64,000 nucleotides of DNA, taken from Lytechinus pictus (taxonomy: Eukaryota). Positions 29,401 through 40,000 of this stretch are shown here, piece by piece. The DNA lies in assembly GCF_037042905.1 (NCBI RefSeq), contig NC_087245.1, positions 10,356,001 to 10,420,000 on the forward strand. Direction: 5' to 3'. The first letter of the stretch is position 1. The number at the start of each line of letters is the position of its first letter. The translations under genes were made by a program, and so were the position numbers. Below the pieces are notes generated by a model, which saw nothing but the letters and a program-made list of their open reading frames with translations, was not told the DNA's origin and did no database searches.

Positions 29401-31698
29401 TTTTTTTTCCATGGAAATTTGCTTTGATTTTCTTCATGAAAAAGTCAAATCATCTAGATTTAATTGATGTTCAAACTTGTGAGGATAATGACAATGTACC
29501 CCTTTGCTTGAATATAGTTACATTAAGGCTTGTGAAACCTAACAACAGACCTCAACATTGTTTGCTTTGCAAATAAAAAAGGGTAAAATATGATTTTCAT
29601 TTAATTAATATCATTTAACAAGACATGAAAAACGAAACATAACACTTGAAGTAATTATCACATGTACAGTAGTTCATACACTGTCTGGCAGGAAACATAA
29701 AAAAAAATGAAACTCCTAAATATATATTACTCACAAGATTCCCAAATATCTCATTCATGTAAATCAATTTTTTTTTCAAATCCAGCAAAACTCTTTTAGA
29801 TATATGAAGAAAATTGAAAGCATTAATACATGATTCATGTAAGTGACTATATTGGTGCATAACAAACCTTTGATCCGAGTTGTAAAAAACTACAGAACAA
29901 TTTGGATGCTTCATAAGAAAGGCTTCCTGGCCTGGTGACTTATTAACAATGACCGTTTGGTCAGACATGTATGAACGCATTGCAACTTGGCAGACATTAC
30001 ATTTAAAAAAATTAAGTGACAAAAAGCAAACTTCTTTTTCAACATCACATAATATTAATAACAGGCAAGTATGGTTAAAACTAAATTGTATTGTGTTTGT
30101 TCTTTGTATTTATGACAATTAATGAACACAGTGAAGCTTGAGAGGCAATCTACTTAAATTCTTTTAAAATGTCCCCCAAATAATAGCACACCATACTAAA
30201 AAATGTACTGCAATATCATAACTTTGAAATCAATTTGTATTTTAAGGGAAAGGAAGAGGGGAATGAGTGTACAGAACTATGCCCCATCCCAGATTCAGCC
30301 ATCATAATTTTTTGACAATGCTTTAATTGCACTGAATAATTTAGAACCAAATGAATAATTGCTCCTTCATACATACAATTGTCTCACTTTAAATGTTATT
30401 TAACAGTACTGTTATTCTTAATGGAATCTAAAATAAAAAAGAAAAAACATTTGCCTTGTAAAACTATCAAAAATTTTCCTTGTCAAAAGATGAGCAGTAT
30501 TCCCCTACACTGGACATAAAAATCATCATGCAATTCTACAGCTTTCCTACGACATATATATAAAATTGTCAACACATCAACTCGAATAAAGTTGACATTT
30601 ATTTCAAGTGTACATTTTCTAGCATAATTTGTTTACATTTTCTGTTAGCTATACATTTTTTTGTACATAAATTATTTACAAAGGCATATCAAGATACATA
30701 CAGTTTATGAAACAATAATACTTTGTAAGCAGAACGTAAGTACCTGTATACAAATTGGCAACACTTAATTATAACTTGCTGTGCTCGAAAAAAAACAAAC
30801 TAGAGCATGTAGTAATACAGTTTGCACTACGGCAGCTCTGTATAGATACTCTACATTTTGTCATGATCTATATTTGGTTAGACTCGGACTTGGTGCCCCT
30901 TAAAAGACAAATTAAAATTTAAAAAATGAAGAAAATTATACGCTACAGAAAAAAGTTTGCTTGATGCTTTCAGGTACTGAATTACATGTATGTCAGATTA
31001 TTAGACCAAAGAAACTAAAATGATAATGGCAAAAAATTTATTTCAGATTCTCTGGGAGTTTAAATAGAAACAAAAATCATATAAAAGAAATGCCAGTTCT
31101 CGTTAAATAAGTTAAAGCTGTCATATAGCTGTAATATTAAAAAACTTTGTCTCTTAATATCAACCCACAAGAGTTTACAGGTATGTTTATCAAGCTGAAT
31201 GAGAGAAAGAAAAGAATACAGAATTATTTTTCATCTTTCACCCTATGATCAGAAACCCCCTGGATTTACCATGCCACATGAAAGACATCATATTTTACTG
31301 GACAACTTGGCCATGAATGTACTTCAATCAATGTAGCTGGGTCAATCTATGATAAAAATAAATGACGACCTGTCCCCTAGTTCATGGAGATCACCATCAC
31401 CACATCATTACATTGTCATTCAATTCAACATCGTTTATGATCAAGAAGCAGTTTACATGGCAACCATTACTGTTGACAACCTTGATGAAATGACACCAAG
31501 ATGACTTCCCTTTCTATTACTTTTACAAGCATATTTGCATCAAGGATCGGTTAAACAGAACAGGGTCGAGCGAATCATAAACCTCACTTTGTTTCCTGGA
31601 GATTCAAAACTTTCATATTAGTTTTCCATGTCAAATCTAAAATTGTTTTTGTACAAATCCATAAAGCTGTCCACACTTAATACTTTATTCACTGAAGA
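26500..31698 (-). other. Putative long 3' UTR of Fzd1/2/7 with candidate poly(A) signals
   Basis: Minus-strand AATAAA at 31689-31684, 31042-31037, 30603-30598 and 26517-26512. The minus strand is U/UGUA-rich and CpG is strongly depleted over the interval. The extent is inferred. Confidence 0.4.
28915..29505. mobile_element. Possible highly decayed Kolobok-like MITE remnant inside the putative 3' UTR
   Basis: Begins ttaagagatg.. and ends ..tgtacccctttg. Its length (about 590 bp) and motif order loosely resemble families B and C; the TIR match is weak. Confidence 0.25.
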
Positions 31699-33393
31699 TC
31701 ATACGTTGGCCGGGGCCCCTTTAGGATGCGAAGAAAAATTACATAGTTTTGCATAAAACTGCGACCATGATCTCATGGTTTTGCCTGACCAAACCCAAAC
31801 ACTGCTGGTTATTCCCACAATAAGCATCATCAAATATTTAACAATAAAAACAAGATAGTCTGGCCCTGGCAAATTGAGAGATTGTACAAATTCTACAGGG
31901 AACCAATTTGGCAAATCTTGAAGTTGGGGGCATGCGAAGCTTAGGCGGTGGCAAGTTCCTAATTTCCAGAACACTTCCCATAATTCCCTATTTGCTTGTT
32001 CATAAATGTAGCATCCAATGACAATTGTGGCTGGGACGGTGTAAAGCAATGAGAAGATACCGATCCTGATCATGAGTTTCTCTAGCTTATCCGTCTTGTT
32101 GCCATCGCTTTTCATGAAAGTTCTGATTCGGAACAATGCAATAAATCCAGCACACAAGAAAAATGATCCGATAATTAGATAAACAAAGAGTGGTGCAAGA
32201 ATGAAACCCCGCAATGCATTCATATCGCGAATTCCAGTATAACAGACTCCTGAAAGGGAATCGCCATCGACTTGGCCAGTAGCAAGGACTCCAATAGTCT
32301 TCCCGGCTGGAATGGACCAGGCAGCGAAGTGAAAGTATTGGGAGTTACGTTCGATAGCTTCATGGCCCCATTTGAGTCCTGCAGCTAGGAACCATGTGAG
32401 ACTGAGCAGAACCCACCACAAACACGATGCCATCTGGAAAAAGTAGAGTAACATGAAGAGGATGGTGCACCATTGTTGCTTTGCCCCCTGGACTAAAGTA
32501 GATTCCCCACCAGGAAGATACGGTCTGTTACATGCCACTTTATCTTCCAAAAAGAATCCTGCAATGAAGACCACCGAGATCACAAAATAACATCCGGAGA
32601 GAAAAATGATGGGTCGTTCTGGGTAGCGGAATCGGCTGCGGTCAATGAGAAAAGTCAGGACAGTGAACAGTGAGGAGACAGCACAGACAAATGCCCAACA
32701 TCCTACCCAGTATCTGGCAAAGTTCTGTTCTCTAGGGGTGTGGAAGTACATGTTGCAAGGAGCACCACAATTTTGGGCCCTCATGAATGTGTAATCCCAG
32801 TCACTATCCACCGTCAGTTGGAGAGGGCAAGTAAATGGAACATTTTTAGTGACTGACGGTTCAGTCGACTTGGTAGTGTTTGGAGGTTTTGTGGAGGGGA
32901 TGGTAATGCGTTCATCAGTACGATTCCGATCAAAACACAATCCTGCTTCTGGAAACTGGTCGCAGGAAAGACTCGCAGGCCACGAAAACCCAAATTTGTT
33001 CATTAGGCTTTCGCATCCATTCTTGGCACTCAGGCACAGCGATTTACACGGGGGTAATGCCGAATCGAGCACTGTACACACTGGAGCATACATAGAGCAC
33101 AAGAAATTCTTCAAATCCTCCGAGCACTGTACTTTGACGAGAGGATAGAATTGATGAACCTCAAGTCCAGCATCTTCTTGGTGCTGATGATTCAAAAGGT
33201 TTGGCATGATCGTCATATTGTACGGCATATCCTCACATAACGGGATTGTTATGGCTTCACATCGTCCGTGTGTAATTCCCTCGTTGTAATCAAACTGTTG
33301 TGCATTGGCAGCGCCAAAATGAAAAAGCACCACCATCAATGTCAATGAAAATTCGACGGCAATATGCCGATTTCCTCTCATCAACCAACCCAT
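31699..33393 (-). CDS. Fzd1/2/7: Frizzled-1/2/7 Wnt receptor (class F GPCR), single coding exon, 564 aa
   Basis: Uninterrupted ORF with a signal peptide (..[13 protein letters not shown]). The 10-Cys CRD ([56 protein letters not shown]) matches the FZD1/2/7 signature. The 7TM region carries [31 protein letters not shown] and [13 protein letters not shown], followed by the Dishevelled-binding KTxxxW motif (KTMRSW). The ORF-track start at 33444 is TTG; the first ATG (33393) has strong Kozak context (AAGATGG). Confidence 0.97.
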   Translation of the reverse strand: MGWLMRGNRHIAVEFSLTLMVVLFHFGAANAQQFDYNEGITHGRCEAITIPLCEDMPYNMTIMPNLLNHQHQEDAGLEVHQFYPLVKVQCSEDLKNFLCSMYAPVCTVLDSALPPCKSLCLSAKNGCESLMNKFGFSWPASLSCDQFPEAGLCFDRNRTDERITIPSTKPPNTTKSTEPSVTKNVPFTCPLQLTVDSDWDYTFMRAQNCGAPCNMYFHTPREQNFARYWVGCWAFVCAVSSLFTVLTFLIDRSRFRYPERPIIFLSGCYFVISVVFIAGFFLEDKVACNRPYLPGGESTLVQGAKQQWCTILFMLLYFFQMASCLWWVLLSLTWFLAAGLKWGHEAIERNSQYFHFAAWSIPAGKTIGVLATGQVDGDSLSGVCYTGIRDMNALRGFILAPLFVYLIIGSFFLCAGFIALFRIRTFMKSDGNKTDKLEKLMIRIGIFSLLYTVPATIVIGCYIYEQANRELWEVFWKLGTCHRLSFACPQLQDLPNWFPVEFVQSLNLPGPDYLVFIVKYLMMLIVGITSSVWVWSGKTMRSWSQFYAKLCNFSSHPKGAPANV

Positions 33394-33639
33394 CTTCACA
33401 CTGAATATCTTCTGCAGTATTCCAATAATACAGATCTCCTTCAATACAGGTAGAAATTCGACAAAATTATGAAAATATTAGGCCTCAAGATGAAGCTTGT
33501 ATCCTCCCTCGGTAAGATAGGCGTTCGACCAGGCATCAGCTTGGTACCAAAATCGTCGCACCAACAACCAAGCCCGGTCTTGTGTGTATGAATGCTTGTA
33601 GACGGTGATCGGCAGGCTGGCTTCTCAATTCGCTCGCAA

Positions 33640-34120
33640 GTACCCCAACACATCGGAGGGCAAGTGTATTATGGCTTCTATACGTGACGTCACAAGGGAG
33701 GAGCCGTGTTTGGGATCCCAAATTTGCATACGGCGCTACAATCTCCTTCTTATTTTGCCATTTTTGTCACCGTTCATGCAAATCGCAAAACTGTTAACTT
33801 CTAATAGTTCCTTTCTTATTTTTGACTCGTCTAATTTATTTGAATTTTCCCATTATTTCTAAAACGAATGAGAGGTGAAAAAACGTGCCTGTCGCTAACC
33901 AATTAGTGACTGACCAATGAAAACGGAAAGAGCAATCCACGTGATTCGTGCGGACAAAAGGGTTTTTAGCAGGTGCATCGCTGTATGCTTTCTTGCATAT
34001 ATGAAGAGTTGTTCTTCGTTCTTGGGTCAAATTTGGAGCGAACTGTTTGAGTTCATAACTTTCCCAGCCTGTCTGCGGTGATGCTAATGTCATCTGTCCT
34101 ACTTCAATTAATCCCTTGAC
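33640..34120 (-). promoter_or_regulatory. Probable proximal promoter of Fzd1/2/7
   Basis: CpG-rich island-like stretch 250-700 bp upstream of the ATG. It contains TATA-like TATAGAAG (33682-33675, minus), CRE palindrome GTGACGTCAC (33684-33693), octamers ATTTGCAT (33722-33729) and ATGCAAAT (33776-33783), CCAAT boxes (33899-33903, 33914-33918), E-box CACGTG (33938-33943) and Otx-type TAATCC (34109-34114). The TSS cannot be determined from sequence. Confidence 0.65.
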
Positions 34121-35142
34121 AGTTCAATAGTGCCTCTTTACAAACTGATCTTTTTATTCATGATGATATTGTCTTCATGAATATAGTTGTCATTTTTGAC
34201 GACACATTAATAATTACGTTGCCTTCCAATTATCTGACTATCTGTTTCTTACTTTTGTTTTGATTGCTTGATGAAGTTGAATTAAAGCCTAAATACGCTG
34301 TGTGTTTATTTTTTCATTTATTTATATTTTATTAATATATGAGGGAATTCACCTTGAAGTTTATCAGATCTAAATGTCACCTGGTTTACAAAAACTTATG
34401 TTTTCAATGGTTAAATACACGTTCCAAAACCAATCTGGTATATAACTATGTTGATATGTTTATAATTGATATTTTATAAGTATAGTTCTGCTCAATAGAT
34501 GTAATAAATAAATGCATGATGACAAATCATTGAACCAATACTCATTGCATAAATATACTCAACTTGTTGATATAATTTCATGTAAAAAAAATCAGTGCAA
34601 GGTGTGGATTTACAGGGCCAGGGAAAATGTATGTCCAAAACAAGTTTTCACCAATGAAAATATTTTGATGATGAACCTTTTTTATATTTTCCAAAGTATC
34701 AAACCCTAATTTTCAATTTATTTGTCAGTGGTTTTACAGAATTTCGCTTTTAACTAGCCGACATGCACTAAATATAATAACGAATTCGGTCACGGGGGTA
34801 TTCACTTTGAGGGATCTTTAATATATATATATGAACTTAATAAATATGCGTATGAAATGAATAGTGAAATATAAAGCAAAATTTCAAAACTGAGATAGTT
34901 AGTTTTGATTATAACTGCGGAAAACAGTAACTAACATAAAATTCAAATCGAACACATCATTTGATTTTTTATTTCTTTAGTCATGAAACTGATAACTGCA
35001 AATGACATTTGATACAACATTCATCTCATCATGGTGATTGTTCCGAGGAACCTTTGGGACAAATTTTGAAAACAAAGCGCAAAATAATTTTCGGCTTCTA
35101 TTCCACTGGTTTGTTTTTAAGTTGCCCTCGTGCATAATTTAA

Positions 35143-35737
35143 AGGGGAATCCAGCCTTGGCCATAAATTGTTGTGTTGGGATGGAGAAAAATAAATTAAA
35201 CAGAATGGTGAAGGTTTGAAAGAAATCGGACAAGCAATAAGAAAGTTATAGCTGCTTTAAATTTGAGATCACTAATAGTATGTAGATTTCAAATTGGCAA
35301 CTGGGTAAGTAAATTGTGACAAGGGGCAAGGACAACTTTCCCATAGGCCATGTACTTTATTATCAGGGATTTGTGGTTTTCTTTTAAGTACCCATTCCCC
35401 TGGGGCAGTAATCTGAATATTACCCAGGTAGTATATTGTTTAATGTCCTCATGAAAGATAAATGTAATTTGAAATAAAACTTTTGGGGAAAATGACATTT
35501 TAGCCATAATATGTATTGGAGTACATGGAAGAGTAGTCCTTGCCTTACATCACTATGACATCCCATATGCGGCCAATTTGAAGTCTCCATGAGTTTAGTG
35601 ATTACCAATATTTACAACTTTTAAAAATTCATAGCTTTCTTGTTGTTTGTCCAATATTGTTCAAACTTTCACCTATCAACTTACCTGATTTTTCTTTTTC
35701 TTATAAAAACAAGTTTTTATTTGAGTTGGATTCCCCT
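35143..35737 (+). mobile_element. Kolobok/T2-like MITE, family A, copy 3
   Basis: TTAA TSD (35139-35142, 35738-35741); same termini and internal sequence as copies 1 and 2. It lies about 1.75 kb upstream of the Fzd ATG. Confidence 0.92.
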
Positions 35738-36369
35738 TTAACTGGATGTAATGAGGAACGGAGGCTTCACCATCAGGTCTCATCACTTCAACCGCACTGA
35801 TGTGAACTCACCAAAGGAAACTTTTGACATACAGGAAGCAATACTATGCTTCAATTGCCTGAGAGGAAGTTGTACAAATCCGTGAACACGGTGACACAGA
35901 GAGATAAAATGAAGATGCATCAAAAGAGATCAAAGTTTGATCCCATATCTGTCTAGACGAATTTCCTCTCCGACTTGCAGGTGATAATTTACATGTAGAT
36001 TGACATCCATAATCTCTTAGGCATTTTATATTGTTTCATATTTTTATTTTGTATATTTCTTTCAAATTTTTTACATTGATAGGTGATATCATATTTCATG
36101 TATATCAACATCCTTATCTATTATACATTGACTGTACAGTGAGTGAGATTTATTAGTAACGATGGAAAATAATCAGATTAGATTTAGATTTATTTATTTC
36201 TGTTCAACAAAATAAACAAATATAATCGAAGAAATAGTACATTTTTTCAAAACAATATAGACACGATGAAACTGCGATAAATGCAAGACAAACAAATATT
36301 TTGCTGCTATTGATGTTTAATTGAAATTATTTCACTTTACCGTTAAAAGTTGTAAATTTATACAATAAA

Positions 36370-36760
36370 TTCATAGCATTAACCCTAGAAGCTATCAGGC
36401 CTGTATTAGAATGGTCATGCCTCGTTTGGTTTCAATAGTGGGTCATCAACTCGGAACTGCCTTTAGATAATATTTATATGGCGTAAGAGGGCAGCATTTC
36501 TTAAACTCGACGGTAATTTTCTTGTGAAACCTCTATTGTTGATCCTTTTCAACATTTTAATGTTCAGGAGATATTAAAGGTTGAACACTGATCTACAGTT
36601 CATAAATTTATTGCAAATGCAGACGTAGATGGAAAGGTTTTAAAAAGACCATCCTTCCAAGAAAAACACACAGGATGCTTAACTTATACAGTCAGGAATT
36701 ACTTACTAAATCGGACATGTGCCCCCTAATTCATTTAACCACCAAAATCCGTATTGCCTA
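36370..36760 (+). pseudogene. Decayed LINE (CR1/L2-group) ORF2 C-terminal fragment
   Basis: Manual translation gives AIRPVLEWSCLVWF from 36391 and, after a frameshift, ..RKRAAFLKLD from 36482. This resembles the post-RT motif IRPxLEYxxxVW...QKRAARII of CR1/L2-group LINEs. Multiple stops and frameshifts. Confidence 0.5.
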
Positions 36761-36781
36761 ACAGACGGGTGTAATTATGTT

Positions 36782-37021
36782 AATAATAATAATAACGTTT
36801 TATTTACACAGGGTAGCCACTTCAATCATAAGACTGCTCTTCCAGCGGGCCCTGCATAACATAATATGTTATTATTACCCTTCTCCAGTCTAAATGCTGA
36901 ACGCCAAGCAAGAAGGAAGAAGGTCCCATTTTTATAAGTCTTTGGTATGACTCGGCCGGGGATCGAACCCACGACCTCCCGTTCATGAGGCGGACGCTCT
37001 ACCACTGAGCCACCATGCCCG
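36782..37021 (-). mobile_element. tRNA-derived SINE
   Basis: tRNA-like head with A box TGGCTCAGTGG (37012-37002) and B box GGTTCGATCCC (36969-36959), a non-tRNA body, an (ATT)n 3' tail and a possible TATGTT TSD (36776-36781, 37022-37027). Confidence 0.85.
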
Positions 37022-40000
37022 TATGTTGGTAGTTTCATTTGGTAATTTCATTGAGATATAAATATGTACATAATAAGATAATTCCCCGTTTTCACATAAA
37101 CAAAACAATGCTGTATTATCTCTCTTGATCTAGAAATTGTGTCTTGTTTGTCTCACTTACTAGTATCATTGCTTTCATCATTGCTATTAAATTTTTTTTA
37201 AATATAATTGGCATTTCGATATGCATTTTCAGAAATCATTTGATATGTGTAACTCTCCTCCTCGATATTTAGGATTTCTTTTGACTTTTTTAATGAGTAC
37301 CTTTAATACAAAATGCTAAGTAATAATTATTTTGACATGTCGCAGAACTTCAATCTAATTTCATTGATGACATACTTGCTCCTCCTCCACCCAATCATGT
37401 TGATCTTGTTAGCTATATCCAGATCGATGGAGATCGCCCCCAAATACATTGGAGTGCCCCAATCAACATTCTGACCAATTTCACACATCATGTAATCCTC
37501 TCGCTGCACAAGACAAAATGTGTGTTTTCTCTCTCCACTTGAATCTTCTGTAAAGATTTTCACTGAGTTCATCAATAACTCAAGCCAGTCAAGTCGTGCA
37601 TCATATAGATTGTAATATGTATTCGTATATCTTTACATGGATATAAGCTGCTTTTTTATGCATTACGTTGATGTCATGTTTTATTTTTGTTGTTGTTGAT
37701 TATTATTATAATTATTATTTGTTTATGTTTTTTTATTGTGTTGATTCATTAAAACACATGAAAAAAAGTTGTGTTATAAGAATGTTTGCTCGGAAAGGGA
37801 ACTACTTAAAAGGGATAAGCAAACATGTATTTCTGTGTCATTACATGACATGAAAACGAAAAAGGGGGATGTTCGGGAGATTAGTTAAACGTGCAATGTG
37901 TAAAGAACCTTGGGCGTAACATTGATCCAATTAGAATATGACTAAGATATGGGGGGTTATGGAACTAAGATTTTCGACATACATTCTTTGTGAGCTAACG
38001 TTATTAAACATTTCCGTATGACATTTCCAAGGTCACCCTATTTAGCTTCCATTTGAGATTGAATACACAAACTATACGTATAACAGATATATGTTTGATT
38101 TATCGATCATCATCATAATCTGACATTTTATTTTCCATTAAACTCCACACTATTTAAATAACCAGTTATATACATATATTTTCAACACTTTTGATAATAA
38201 TAAGAATAATAATAAAATAAAAATAAAAATAATGTAACATGGTCATTTTGCCATTTTGCCATTTTGCCATTTTGTTTATTTCCTTTAACTTGTGTTTTCT
38301 TCAGCTGTTCTGTTTCTGTTCCGGCTAGACTTGAGTTCATTTGCATTTATTTTCAGCACTGCACTTGCAGTCTGAACTTAGGTCATAAGAGTTTAATGAT
38401 ATTCAAATATATTCAGTTGTCATTAATTCATTCTTCTCTGAATGCCTTTCCTCTGATTCTCTTTTGTCATCTTCATTTCTTCTCTATTCTCTCTTCAGGA
38501 GTTCCACTTATTCCATTCCTCACCTTACTCCTTAGTTTCTATTTCCATTATTACATAATCACCCAGACATCCTCTTATCATCTTCATCTCATTCCTTATT
38601 GGTTTATCTTATGAATTTGGTTCTTACATTTTAGTTTGATCCTTCCATTCTCTTTAGTTTCTTGGTTGTTATTTCTAATTTGAATAAATCATGTAACTTG
38701 TATATCATTCTAAGTTAAGCTGAGTCAAAGTAACCCAGAGATTAAATCAGTGCACTACCAGACTTCTTCGGGTTCTGTTCAATTCATTTTGCGTCTCTAC
38801 TTCAGTTTCACATATTTCCCCTTTGGTTCGATGATTGATTCAGTTTGCTGCTTTGAACTTATGTTATTTTCTATTCCGAACTTACAATTTCTCAACCTTA
38901 CAACAATAATAATCATCACCATCATCGTCGTCGTCGTCTACCACCATTAGCAATAATTTTCAAAATCCTTATAATGAACATTTGAACATTTCTGCAGTAT
39001 TGAACATAATATGCTGAGGAAAACAAAACAAAACAGACCATGACCTTCGGCAAGTAAAATCAAGTACACGCAATCACGTGAAATAGAAAATGACTAGTGA
39101 TTAGTCCAATGTACAGTTCTGTGTTGAATTCAGTGCACAAAGACATATAATACGATCTTAAAAGATATAATTGCAACACTATGAAAGGTTGCCTATTTAT
39201 TTCAAATATTATGAAAATAGTATATTAGATAAAGTATAAATAAATGAACAATCTGAACTTAATAGATAATACTAAGTTCATAAAAATATTTCAAAATGGG
39301 GGGAATTTAAGAATAAGGAAGGGGAAAAACGTACTGATCGTGTAAATCTTTCTTACTCCTGTTGTTAGTCAATGGCGAAAAGAAATGACAATAATTGTAG
39401 GTCGTATTGCCACCCCATCTTGTCATCGACCCTTGATTGAAGAAAAGATTTGAGGTAGGCATTCCATAATATATATTCTAATATAGATTATGAGATTTAA
39501 ATTCTCAAAAAGCACTGGCGTAATTCATGGTTTTGATTCCCCGTTGAGCTACTGCTAATATTTTGTATGATAAATTAATATTACTTCATTGTCCGTAGAG
39601 TATGGCTAGTTCTGAGATGAAATATTAAACATTCAATTAAATTATAAAGATATAAAGATATAATGGTTTAACATGTACTCACTTTATATAAAATCAATGG
39701 ATACTTTTTAGAGTGGAATGATTATGAAACCGTCAGGAGAAGTATCTATCAAGACTACTTTCTTGCAGTATAAGCTGAGCCATATGACTCACCTTTTTCA
39801 CAAATTGGTGAAATTTGCTCCAAGAATAGATCTTGTTGAAACAGGTAGCGTGACTGTTTAACATATGTCGTATCCAATAGAATCTTATCAGTACTTTAAT
39901 TCATTGAAAGGAATGCAGTATTTCATTGGAAATAGGGACATGGAGCAACCCAATATACAAAATGTCCCTTCATATTCATTTGCAGATATGGATGTTCATG

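Noticed and set aside
32849..33148. 99-aa ORF on the plus strand
   Set aside because: Antisense shadow of the Frizzled CDS with a GTG start and no recognisable domain.
33394..33444. 17-aa N-terminal extension of the Frizzled ORF in the ORF track
   Set aside because: It starts at TTG. The ATG at 33393 has strong Kozak context and is followed by a normal signal peptide.
36945..37021. tRNA-Met(CAT)-like gene
   Set aside because: No paired acceptor stem; it runs into a SINE body and (ATT)n tail, so it is a SINE head.
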